DNA of 26,504 nt from a virus (Duplodnaviria > Caudoviricetes), in IMG/VR virus record IMGVR_UViG_3300025152_000065, positions 1-26,504 of that record; one strand, written 5' to 3'. The notes under the pieces are model-generated. The model was not told the DNA's origin, did not search any database, and saw only the letters and a program-made list of their open reading frames with translations. Every line of letters begins with the position of its first letter. The first letter of the stretch is position 1. Shown here in pieces: positions 1 through 7,040 of the stretch. Made by a program: the position numbers and the translations under genes.

Positions 1-135
1 ATGAGCAAATGAGCAAATGAGCAAATGAGCAAATGAGCAAATGAGCAAATGAGCAAATGAGCAAATGAGCAAATGAGCAAATGAGCAAATGAGCAAATGA
101 GCAAATGAGCAAATGAGCAAATGAGCAAATGAGCA
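1..135. repeat. Tandem array (ATGAGCAA)n, at least 16.9 copies, truncated by the window start; candidate parS/operator array
   Basis: Perfect 8-bp repeats read directly: 16 full copies at 1-128 plus 7 nt. Confidence 0.97.
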
Positions 136-136
136 G

Positions 137-165
137 TTGACAAAATTAAAGTAACAAAATATCTT
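137..165 (+). promoter_or_regulatory. Sigma70-type promoter of the par/protelomerase operon
   Basis: TTGACA (137-142), 17-bp spacer, TATCTT (160-165), lying exactly between the two repeat arrays. Confidence 0.8.
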
Positions 166-168
166 TTA

Positions 169-290
169 AGCAGAAGAGCAGAAGAGCAGAAGAGCAGAAG
201 AGCAGAAGAGCAGAAGAGCAGAAGAGCAGAAGAGCAGAAGAGCAGAAGAGCAGAAGAGCAGAAGAGCAGAAGAGCAGAAGAGCAGAAGAG
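169..290. repeat. Tandem array (AGCAGAAG)n, 15 copies plus 2 nt; candidate parS/operator array
   Basis: Perfect 8-bp repeats; shares consensus ARAWGAGC with the upstream array. Confidence 0.97.
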
Positions 291-329
291 GCCAAGAAAT
301 AAAACCATCTTTTTACCTAAAGAGGAACC

Positions 330-545
330 ATGACTACCAAAACCAGCGAACCCAGCGAAACCTTTAAAGGGCAGCGTTCAGCAGCCCAAAAAAGCTACAT
401 TCACCATGGCAAAATTAGCGATGCCATCTTCATGGTCATGCAAGAACGTAAGGCAAAAAACGATGCCCAAAAACACCATCTCGAAGGGATGCGGGAGGCG
501 CTGGACATCGCAATTAAGTTTGAAGCCCAACAGAGGGATCAATAA
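330..545 (+). CDS. Small hypothetical protein (71 aa), possibly a DNA-binding regulator
   Basis: RBS AGAGGA before ATG; first gene after the promoter; no family recognised. Confidence 0.7.
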   Translation: MTTKTSEPSETFKGQRSAAQKSYIHHGKISDAIFMVMQERKAKNDAQKHHLEGMREALDIAIKFEAQQRDQ

Positions 546-569
546 ACAAAAACCAACGGAGAAAAATTC

Positions 570-1247
570 ATGGAAAATTTCACGATCACCATCGGCGGCA
601 GAAAGGGCGGGGTAGGGAAGAGCACCACCGCCTGTAACCTGGCGGCGGAACTCTCCAAAAAGGGCTATGAGGTCCTTTTGGTGGACACTGATGAGCAGCA
701 CACCACCCGTGACTGGGCAGACCGCAGAAAAGAAGACCCAAGTTTGCCGCAGATCCAGACGATCCAGCTGACCGGGAAGACGATTGGCAGCGATCTTAGG
801 GGTTTGCAGTCCAAATACCAACTGATCTTGATTGATGCAGGCGGCCGGGCAACCTTGGAGCTGAAAGGAGCGATGTTGGCCAGCGATCTGGCGATCATCC
901 CCATCGTCCCCAGCCAGCCGGATCTGGATACGTTGCAGTACATGGCCGACTTCGTCGAAGACGCAAAATTGACCAACACCGGCCTGATGACCAAGGTCTT
1001 GATCAACATGGCCTCGACCAACCACAACGAGAGGGACACCGCAGGCATCAGGGGCGTGATCACCCAAGATTACACCGAGTTTGAGATGCTTGAATCAGTA
1101 GTCCGGCAGCGGAAAATCTACCGGACTGCCTATGCCCTTGGTCGGACGATCTACGAGATCGAAAACGACTGGAAAGCCAAACAGGAATTTGACCATCTTT
1201 TGGGGGAAGTGGAGAGTCTCATCAAGGAGGTGGTCCATGGAGTCTAA
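570..1247 (+). CDS. parA: ParA/ParF-family (type Ib) partition ATPase
   Basis: Deviant Walker [10 protein letters not shown]' motif VLLVDTDEQ, Walker B ILIDAGG; 225 aa with no N-terminal HTH. Confidence 0.95.
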   Translation: MENFTITIGGRKGGVGKSTTACNLAAELSKKGYEVLLVDTDEQHTTRDWADRRKEDPSLPQIQTIQLTGKTIGSDLRGLQSKYQLILIDAGGRATLELKGAMLASDLAIIPIVPSQPDLDTLQYMADFVEDAKLTNTGLMTKVLINMASTNHNERDTAGIRGVITQDYTEFEMLESVVRQRKIYRTAYALGRTIYEIENDWKAKQEFDHLLGEVESLIKEVVHGV

Positions 1248-1689
1248 AAAGACCAGTGGAAGGATCGGGTTCCAGGGGAGGAAAAAGCCCACTGCCGAAG
1301 AGATTGAAAATGCACTGAACCAAGGCCTGCCGCCGGACCCGCTGTCCGGCAAAGTCGGGCAGGATGTCCAGCCGGTAAAAGTAGCAGAAGAACAAAAGAG
1401 CAAAAGAGCAGAAACGCAAGAGATTGATTTGGAAATGATTTCGGTCAGCCGGACCGAACTTCCCCTGGTGTACGTCCAGCGCTTTGAAAAGCTCTCCAGC
1501 CTCTACAAGGAGAAGAAAGGGAAGGGAAGGGTGAAGGGGCTCAAACTGCTGCCCCTGACCCGGACGTTGCTCATGAAAGAAATCGACGACCGATGCGCAC
1601 AAGAAGGCCTGGATTTTAAAGCCCAAGAGGCAGCCCAGGTCAAAGCTGCCTGCCTGGCCAAAAAACTGATCTACCCGGAGGAAAGATGA
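1237..1689 (+). CDS. Putative centromere-binding partner of ParA (ParG-like by position)
   Basis: ATG 1237 with RBS AAGGAGG overlapping the parA end; flexible charged N-terminus and basic C-terminal domain; function inferred from position only. Confidence 0.6.
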   Translation: MESKKTSGRIGFQGRKKPTAEEIENALNQGLPPDPLSGKVGQDVQPVKVAEEQKSKRAETQEIDLEMISVSRTELPLVYVQRFEKLSSLYKEKKGKGRVKGLKLLPLTRTLLMKEIDDRCAQEGLDFKAQEAAQVKAACLAKKLIYPEER

Positions 1690-2660
1690 TCTCGCAAGAG
1701 GCGATGGACAAATATCGGGCAAAGTACCCTAAAGCAACGTTGCAGGATGCCCTGGCGCAATTCCCGGAGCCGAAGTACCAAGCCAAGCTTGTGACCTACT
1801 ACTTTAACGTATACGGGCAGGCAAATGGCAAGGAGCAGGAACATCTCCAAGGGGAAAAAGGAAGCCTAAACAAACAAGTGACCCAGTGGTTGGAAAACAA
1901 CCCGGAAAGCACTACGGAAGAATTGATCGCCGCTTTCCCGGGTGAAAAGCCCAATTCCCTGAAGCAATACCGTTCCGGGTATATGCAGGTAAAGAAAGGG
2001 CGGGACGGGAGGGGCCGGAAGCCCAAAGACCCGGACCAGAACCGGGAAGCGGTGTTTCGGCTGTTGTCCGTTGCAGACCAGCGTTGGAAATTCAGTGAGG
2101 ACGTAAAGCTGGCCGATCTTTTCCCGCACTTTCCCCAAGATGCAATTACCCGGTTGGAGGAACTGCAAAAAGAAAAGGCAGCCCCCAAGAACAGAGACTT
2201 GAAAGACTTTTTCCCCAAGCTGTCCACGTCCGCCTTGAGGACCTACCGAGCGGATTGGGAAGAGGACAAAAGGGTCAAGGCCTTAAAAGAGGAGGAAACC
2301 AAAATAGAAGCGCCCAAAGCGGTGGAGGCCAAAGCCCCGGCTTCTCCGGATGCGGTAATAGCCCAAAAAGGGGTGGAAGAAAAAAAGGCTGAATCGCTAG
2401 CAACCACCGAAGTGACCCAGCCGTCCTTTGATGTCCTGGCCCAGATCCTGGTCAAGCTGTTGGTCCAGGTGGGGGAAGTCTCGGGGAAAATCGATCTGCT
2501 GTTGGAGCAGACCAAACCAGCCCAGCCGTCTGCGGATCCCAACCAATTGCTGCAAAGTCTGCTGGGGTTGCTGGCGAAAAAGGAGGAACCTCCCAAACCG
2601 AAGGACCCGTCCAGCGATCTGTTGGACCTTCTCAACCAAGTCTTGAAGAGGAAGCCGTGA
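1686..2660 (+). CDS. Hypothetical protein with about three repeated helical modules and an LL-rich C-terminus; putative DNA-binding protein
   Basis: ATGA overlap with the upstream gene; internal repeats P..T..(D/E)L...FP......L..YR. Confidence 0.75.
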   Translation: MISQEAMDKYRAKYPKATLQDALAQFPEPKYQAKLVTYYFNVYGQANGKEQEHLQGEKGSLNKQVTQWLENNPESTTEELIAAFPGEKPNSLKQYRSGYMQVKKGRDGRGRKPKDPDQNREAVFRLLSVADQRWKFSEDVKLADLFPHFPQDAITRLEELQKEKAAPKNRDLKDFFPKLSTSALRTYRADWEEDKRVKALKEEETKIEAPKAVEAKAPASPDAVIAQKGVEEKKAESLATTEVTQPSFDVLAQILVKLLVQVGEVSGKIDLLLEQTKPAQPSADPNQLLQSLLGLLAKKEEPPKPKDPSSDLLDLLNQVLKRKP

Positions 2661-2839
2661 TGGGTAAATTGGACCGTATTCGGGAGATCGTTTTTGGTCT
2701 GTGGAGCTTCTTTTTTGTGCTCCTTCCGGGGGGGATTGTCCTGGCTGGGATTATCCTTTTGTTCCTGATTTTGGTGCTCAACCAGATCTTCCCCGGCAGT
2801 GCGGATGCAATCAGCCAATGGATAGCGGAGGAACAGTGA
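2660..2839 (+). CDS. Small membrane protein (about 59 aa)
   Basis: Coupled to both neighbours by overlapping start/stop codons; long hydrophobic stretch IVFGLWSFFFVLLPGGIVLAGIILLFLILVL; alternative GTG start at 2657. Confidence 0.7.
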   Translation: MGKLDRIREIVFGLWSFFFVLLPGGIVLAGIILLFLILVLNQIFPGSADAISQWIAEEQ

Positions 2840-3867
2840 GCCTAAAGGAACTGGTTGAACAACGGATCGGGAACCTGTTGCGGTTTTTGAACAAAAACCC
2901 GCCCGACTTGGAGATCGTCAAGGAAATCTGCCTGGAGGAGGTCAACTTTTTGCGGTGTTGGAAAAAGGAGGACGGGTCTTCGATCAGCCTGAACTACCTG
3001 GTTAGCACCCTGACCACCTACAGAAACGCCATCAAAGAGCAGATGGGCCCCGATTACAAGGCCCTAGAAAACCAATGGCGGGAACTCAAGCGCAACCGTC
3101 GGCAAGCGGTCGAGGCGGTTTACAAAGACAACCCCGACAAACTTTCAAAGGCGCTCAAGGAAATTGACGAGATCCCAGAGATCAAGGCGCTCAAGGAAAA
3201 ATTGGAACCACAGAACGCACACGGGTACGCTTTACGGTACCTAAAGGCTGAACCGGAATTGATCCAGACCTTCAACTCCGAGATCCGCAATCAAATGGTC
3301 AAAAGCCAAGAGCACCAGACCGAGCTTGACGAAGAAAACTTCATGGCGACGACCCTTGAGTTTTTGAAGTCCGAAAGCTTGGTGGAACTGTTTTTGGGCC
3401 TGATGGCCGCAACCGGCAGGCGGAATGCGGAGATCATGGAGACCGGAGAATTTACCTTGACCGAGGACCCAGGGCCCTACCGCTTTGCGGCCCAATACCG
3501 GCTGCTGTTTAAGGGGCAACTGAAGACCAGATCGGTAGAGAAACTGGAAATCTTGATCCCCGTCCTTGCGCCGGTGGAGTTGGTTTTATCGGCGTTTGAC
3601 AAGTTTCGGGATGCCATGGCGCAAAAAAAAGAGGAGGGGAAGGCCACCAGAGAATATATTATGTACCACTGCCTCCCTATGATCCGGATCAAATATGGCC
3701 TGGGGGACGATAAAAAGGTCGAAAAGGTGCGGTCCGTATATGCACACCTGGCCGCCAAAAAATTCAGGCCAAAAACGGTATCGGAAGACGTCTTTATTGC
3801 CGACATTTTGGGCCAGAGGTCCGAGAGCTTTGGTGCCGCTCAATACTACAAAACCGTCACCACCTGA
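2836..3867 (+). CDS. Protelomerase / telomere resolvase (TelN/TelK/TelA/ResT family)
   Basis: Motifs TGRRNAEI, FKGQLKTR, RSVYAHLA, ILGQ...AQYYK; N-terminal LTTYRNAIK; GTG 2836 with RBS GGAGGA overlapping the previous stop. Confidence 0.88.
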   Translation: MSLKELVEQRIGNLLRFLNKNPPDLEIVKEICLEEVNFLRCWKKEDGSSISLNYLVSTLTTYRNAIKEQMGPDYKALENQWRELKRNRRQAVEAVYKDNPDKLSKALKEIDEIPEIKALKEKLEPQNAHGYALRYLKAEPELIQTFNSEIRNQMVKSQEHQTELDEENFMATTLEFLKSESLVELFLGLMAATGRRNAEIMETGEFTLTEDPGPYRFAAQYRLLFKGQLKTRSVEKLEILIPVLAPVELVLSAFDKFRDAMAQKKEEGKATREYIMYHCLPMIRIKYGLGDDKKVEKVRSVYAHLAAKKFRPKTVSEDVFIADILGQRSESFGAAQYYKTVTT

Positions 3868-3872
3868 CCAAG

Positions 3873-3900
3873 CTGCGGAACGGTGTTTCCTGTTCCGCAG
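3873..3900. other. GC-rich stem-loop directly after the protelomerase stop
   Basis: CTGCGGAAC (3873-3881), 10-nt loop, GTTCCGCAG (3892-3900); no U-tract follows. Confidence 0.6.
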
Positions 3901-3950
3901 GGCCACGAAAAAACCCCACCAATCCCCTTCTTTCTTCGCTCTGCACGAAA

Positions 3951-4013
3951 CCGTTTTTAAAAAATTGCCTTATATTAACCGTATGGTATTTTAAGGCAAA
4001 ACTTTTTAAGCGG
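3951..4013. promoter_or_regulatory. AT-rich imperfect inverted repeat; candidate late promoter/operator and/or telomere resolution site
   Basis: TTGCCTTA (3965-3972) and TAAGGCAA (3992-3999), with outer CCG..TTAAAAA / TTTTTAA.CGG arms; contains TTGCCT-16-TATTTT with an extended -10 TG. Confidence 0.5.
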
Positions 4014-4020
4014 AGGTTTG

Positions 4021-4230
4021 ATGAATTCTTCTTTTGTCCTCACCGACAAACGACGGCGCAAGCGAAAAAAATACGGAGACCAGATGTCGGTCTCGGTTGG
4101 CCTGACTCTGGACCAAACGATCCGGTCAGCTTGGTCCGCCATGGGGTACCGGTCCCAAGGGGAACTCCTGCGCAAGCTGGTGGAAATCGGCGCCGAGCAG
4201 ATGCATCTTGGCCACACGGGGGAAGCTTGA
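4021..4230 (+). CDS. Ribbon-helix-helix (CopG/NikR-like) DNA-binding protein
   Basis: RBS GGAGG; beta-strand SVSVGL, then helix, then GYRSQGELLRKLV; basic N-terminal tail KRRRKRKK. Confidence 0.65.
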   Translation: MNSSFVLTDKRRRKRKKYGDQMSVSVGLTLDQTIRSAWSAMGYRSQGELLRKLVEIGAEQMHLGHTGEA

Positions 4231-5594
4231 ACGCTGCTGGACCAGACAAAAAAGGGGTGCTGGAAGCCATCGGCAACCAGGTAGCTCTAAAGGACGGATG
4301 GGTTAACCCCGTGTCCGGCTTTGGGGCTGCTGGCTTTGATCCGATGGCCATCACCTTTTTTTCCTGGTCCGGGACTCTGGACGAACCAACCTTGGAATGG
4401 ATGTTCCGGGGCAGCTGGGTCGCCAGGAAGATTGTCACGGCCCTGCCTGAATGGGCGACCCAAAACGGTTTTGAGCTTGAAGGGGAAAACCCGGCGGAAT
4501 TGGAGCGGATCAAGGCCCAGTTGAAACGGTGGAACGTATTGTCCCTACTCGAAAACCTCGGGACCGAAGCGTCTTTGTACGGTAGGGCGTACCTCATTGC
4601 CTGGGGCAACGACGGTCGGTCGATGGAATACCCTCTGGACGAAAGAAACTTAAGAGGAGAGGTCAAGTTCCGGGTGATCGGCGGGAAATACCGGTGTTAT
4701 CCCAGGCTTTGGGGAGACAACTACTTTGACCCGACCACTCTTTTTGAGCCAAAGCTTTATCAGGTCCTGGACGTTTCCGCCTACGGACAGACGCTCAACT
4801 ACTTTTGCCACCAAAGCCGACTCCGGGGGATGGACGGGAACTACCTGCCCGAACACCTCAAGGCCCAAAATTTCGGCGCCGGAGATCCGGTCTTGCAGTT
4901 AGTCAACAACGAGATCCGCAACCACGGGGTGGCCACCCAGACCTTGGGGAGTCTGCTCCAGGACTTCATCACCAAGAAGCTAAAGATGGGCAACCTCGCC
5001 GAGATGTTGACCATGCCCAACGGAGACGCAGCGGTCAGGGAGCGGCTGCGAAAGCTGTCAGAGCTGCTTTCTATCCACAACATCGCCGCCATCGGTGAAG
5101 AAGAGGAATTTGAAAAAATATCCACTTCCATAACGGGGCTGCCAGAAATGTACGGGGTTGTGCGCAAGGAAATCTCCGGCGCAGCGCATATGCCAGAATC
5201 GGTCATCTACGGTAATTCCGCCTCCGGCGGGGCGATCTCCGCCAGTTCTGGCTACCACGACAAAGGAAACTGGCTCGACCGGGTCGAGGGGTACCAGGAA
5301 AAGCGTTTGGACCCTGTGTTGAGCTGGGTGATCCGGCTGGCCTGTTTGGTCAACAAAGTGGACCCGGAAAGCATCAAGTACCGGTGGAATACCATCCGTG
5401 AGCTGGGGCTAAAGGAAGAGGCGGACATTACGCTGATCCAGTCCCAAGCCCAGAAGGTGGACGCAGAAACCGAAGCGATCCGTGCGGGGAAAATGGCACC
5501 CAAGGAGACCCTCACCCTGGACCGACCCGGTCACACCCTCAACGAATTGAACACGCCGGGCCCGCAAACCTCAAAACTCACGGCGCAGGAATGA
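4227..5594 (+). CDS. Phage portal protein (DUF1073/HI1409 type)
   Basis: DGWVNPVSGFG, SWVARKIV, LYGRAY, HQSRL and ISGAAHMPESVIYG motifs; TTG start overlapping the upstream TGA (start inferred). Confidence 0.88.
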   Translation: MNAAGPDKKGVLEAIGNQVALKDGWVNPVSGFGAAGFDPMAITFFSWSGTLDEPTLEWMFRGSWVARKIVTALPEWATQNGFELEGENPAELERIKAQLKRWNVLSLLENLGTEASLYGRAYLIAWGNDGRSMEYPLDERNLRGEVKFRVIGGKYRCYPRLWGDNYFDPTTLFEPKLYQVLDVSAYGQTLNYFCHQSRLRGMDGNYLPEHLKAQNFGAGDPVLQLVNNEIRNHGVATQTLGSLLQDFITKKLKMGNLAEMLTMPNGDAAVRERLRKLSELLSIHNIAAIGEEEEFEKISTSITGLPEMYGVVRKEISGAAHMPESVIYGNSASGGAISASSGYHDKGNWLDRVEGYQEKRLDPVLSWVIRLACLVNKVDPESIKYRWNTIRELGLKEEADITLIQSQAQKVDAETEAIRAGKMAPKETLTLDRPGHTLNELNTPGPQTSKLTAQE

Positions 5595-7033
5595 ACTTGG
5601 CTCTCGCTCCAAAAAGTCAGGCGAACCCGGTCAACGACCTTTTGGAGTTCACCAAAAGGACGTTCGGCAAGCTGGGCCGGGTTTATGTGCCCAATTGGCA
5701 CCACGAGCTTTTGGCCAAGGAACTCGAAGCCTGGGCCAGGAGGGAGTTCGAGTTTTTGTTTGTGTCGATGCCTGCGGGCTACGGGAAAAGTGAATTGATC
5801 AGCCGAAGTCTTCCTGCTTGGTTGATGGGCCGTGACCCGGCCACGACGATTATGGCCGCCTGCCATACCCAACAAAAGGTGGACAAGTTCAGCGCCGACG
5901 TGAAGCGGAAGATCGGCTCGGACGAGTACCGGTCAATTTTCCCCGGTCTCGAAGTGGATCCGGAGTTCAAAAGGGCGCTTGGGTATTGGCGCAACAATTT
6001 CGGCGGGGCCTTTTATGGTTTTGGCACCGGGGCAGCTTGTTCGGGCGACCATGCCAACTGGATCATCGTTGACGACCCGGTCAAGGGTGACAAACACATC
6101 CAAAACCCGCTGAACCGGGAAAAGGACTGGAGTTGGTTCACCGCAGAGATCACCCAACGGGTGATCCACGCCGAAGGGAGACCCCAGGTGCTCCTGATGC
6201 ACACAAGGTGGAACCACGACGACATCGCCGGAAGGATGATCAAGTTGGTCGAAAGGATCCCCAAAAGCCAAAAGGCAAAATATCGCTTTTTGGTCTTGCC
6301 CGCAGTGCTGGACGACCGGACGGTGCGCACCAAGCACTCAGGCGACCCAAGGGGGGTAGGAGAACCTTTGTGGCCTACGGCCCACAATCTGGACCAACTA
6401 AAGGTCGAAGAACTCAGGAACCGCAGGAACTACCAGGCCCAGTTTTTGTGCAACCCGATCACCCCAAACGCCGGGATGGTAAAGCGAAGTTGGTTTAAAC
6501 CAGTAGCCCAAAACGCTTTGGAGCGTGGCCTTTTGTGGCACCGCTATTTTTGGGTTCCGGCGTTGGAACCTTCGAGCCTCGACCAGCGGGTGGGGATCTG
6601 CGACGCAGCCAAGGACGACCAGGGGCAGGTCTTTTTTAGGATGCCCAGGGCTTTGGATCTGCACTTTGACGAAGCGCTGGAGTTGATGCGCCAGTCGGTC
6701 AAGGAAGGGGGGATCAAAAAGATCGGCGTTTATGAAGGCCGCCAAAAAAGCACCCTCCTAGAAGACCTGCTGCGGTTCCCGTCTTTGGTCTCCAAAGTGC
6801 GCACCATCTCCGGGTCCGACCCACTCAGCCTTGCAGAACCGGGTTTGGCGGGGAAGTTGTTTTTGGTGGAAGACCCGCAAAACGAATCTTTTTTGGAGGA
6901 GTGCGACCAATGGCAAGGTCGTCTCGATTCCGCAGAGGCTATGATCCGAGCGGTCTCTGGTGCGTTTTCTTTGTTCCGTTCCCAGCGCTCTGTGCTTGAA
7001 GTTTGTTTGTCCAAAATAACCACCCCTGCCTGA
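5591..7033 (+). CDS. terL: Terminase large subunit with conserved ATPase and degenerate nuclease domain
   Basis: NWHH, Walker A MPAGYGKSEL, Walker B IIVDDP, coupling motif HTRWNHDD, GEPLWP; C-terminal domain lacks the WD and HDDxVD acidic motifs. Confidence 0.92.
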   Translation: MNLALAPKSQANPVNDLLEFTKRTFGKLGRVYVPNWHHELLAKELEAWARREFEFLFVSMPAGYGKSELISRSLPAWLMGRDPATTIMAACHTQQKVDKFSADVKRKIGSDEYRSIFPGLEVDPEFKRALGYWRNNFGGAFYGFGTGAACSGDHANWIIVDDPVKGDKHIQNPLNREKDWSWFTAEITQRVIHAEGRPQVLLMHTRWNHDDIAGRMIKLVERIPKSQKAKYRFLVLPAVLDDRTVRTKHSGDPRGVGEPLWPTAHNLDQLKVEELRNRRNYQAQFLCNPITPNAGMVKRSWFKPVAQNALERGLLWHRYFWVPALEPSSLDQRVGICDAAKDDQGQVFFRMPRALDLHFDEALELMRQSVKEGGIKKIGVYEGRQKSTLLEDLLRFPSLVSKVRTISGSDPLSLAEPGLAGKLFLVEDPQNESFLEECDQWQGRLDSAEAMIRAVSGAFSLFRSQRSVLEVCLSKITTPA

Positions 7034-7040
7034 GAGGACC

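Noticed and set aside
1-290. CRISPR array
   Set aside because: The units are contiguous 8-mers with no unique spacers, and no cas genes are present
169-290. Array of SapI sites (GAAGAGC) suggesting a synthetic construct
   Set aside because: It follows from the repeat unit; the context is a natural phage-plasmid with no vector parts
2701-2835. Longer N-termini given in the ORF track (2701, also 1132, 4131, 8267, 17769)
   Set aside because: They overlap upstream genes; downstream starts with an RBS or stop-start coupling fit better
2660-2839. Holin call for the small membrane ORF
   Set aside because: No endolysin nearby and it lies in the maintenance operon; lysis and replication genes are not visible in this window
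2836-3867. Ordinary tyrosine integrase
   Set aside because: TGRRxxEI, FxGQLK and RxxYA are protelomerase-type motifs, and the neighbourhood is partition genes
3873-3913. Rho-independent terminator
   Set aside because: The stem is good but no U-tract follows it on either strand; kept only as a stem-loop
4227-5594. Anti-CBASS Acb1 label sometimes attached to DUF1073 proteins
   Set aside because: No appended 2H-phosphoesterase domain with paired HxT motifs is evident; size and context fit a portal
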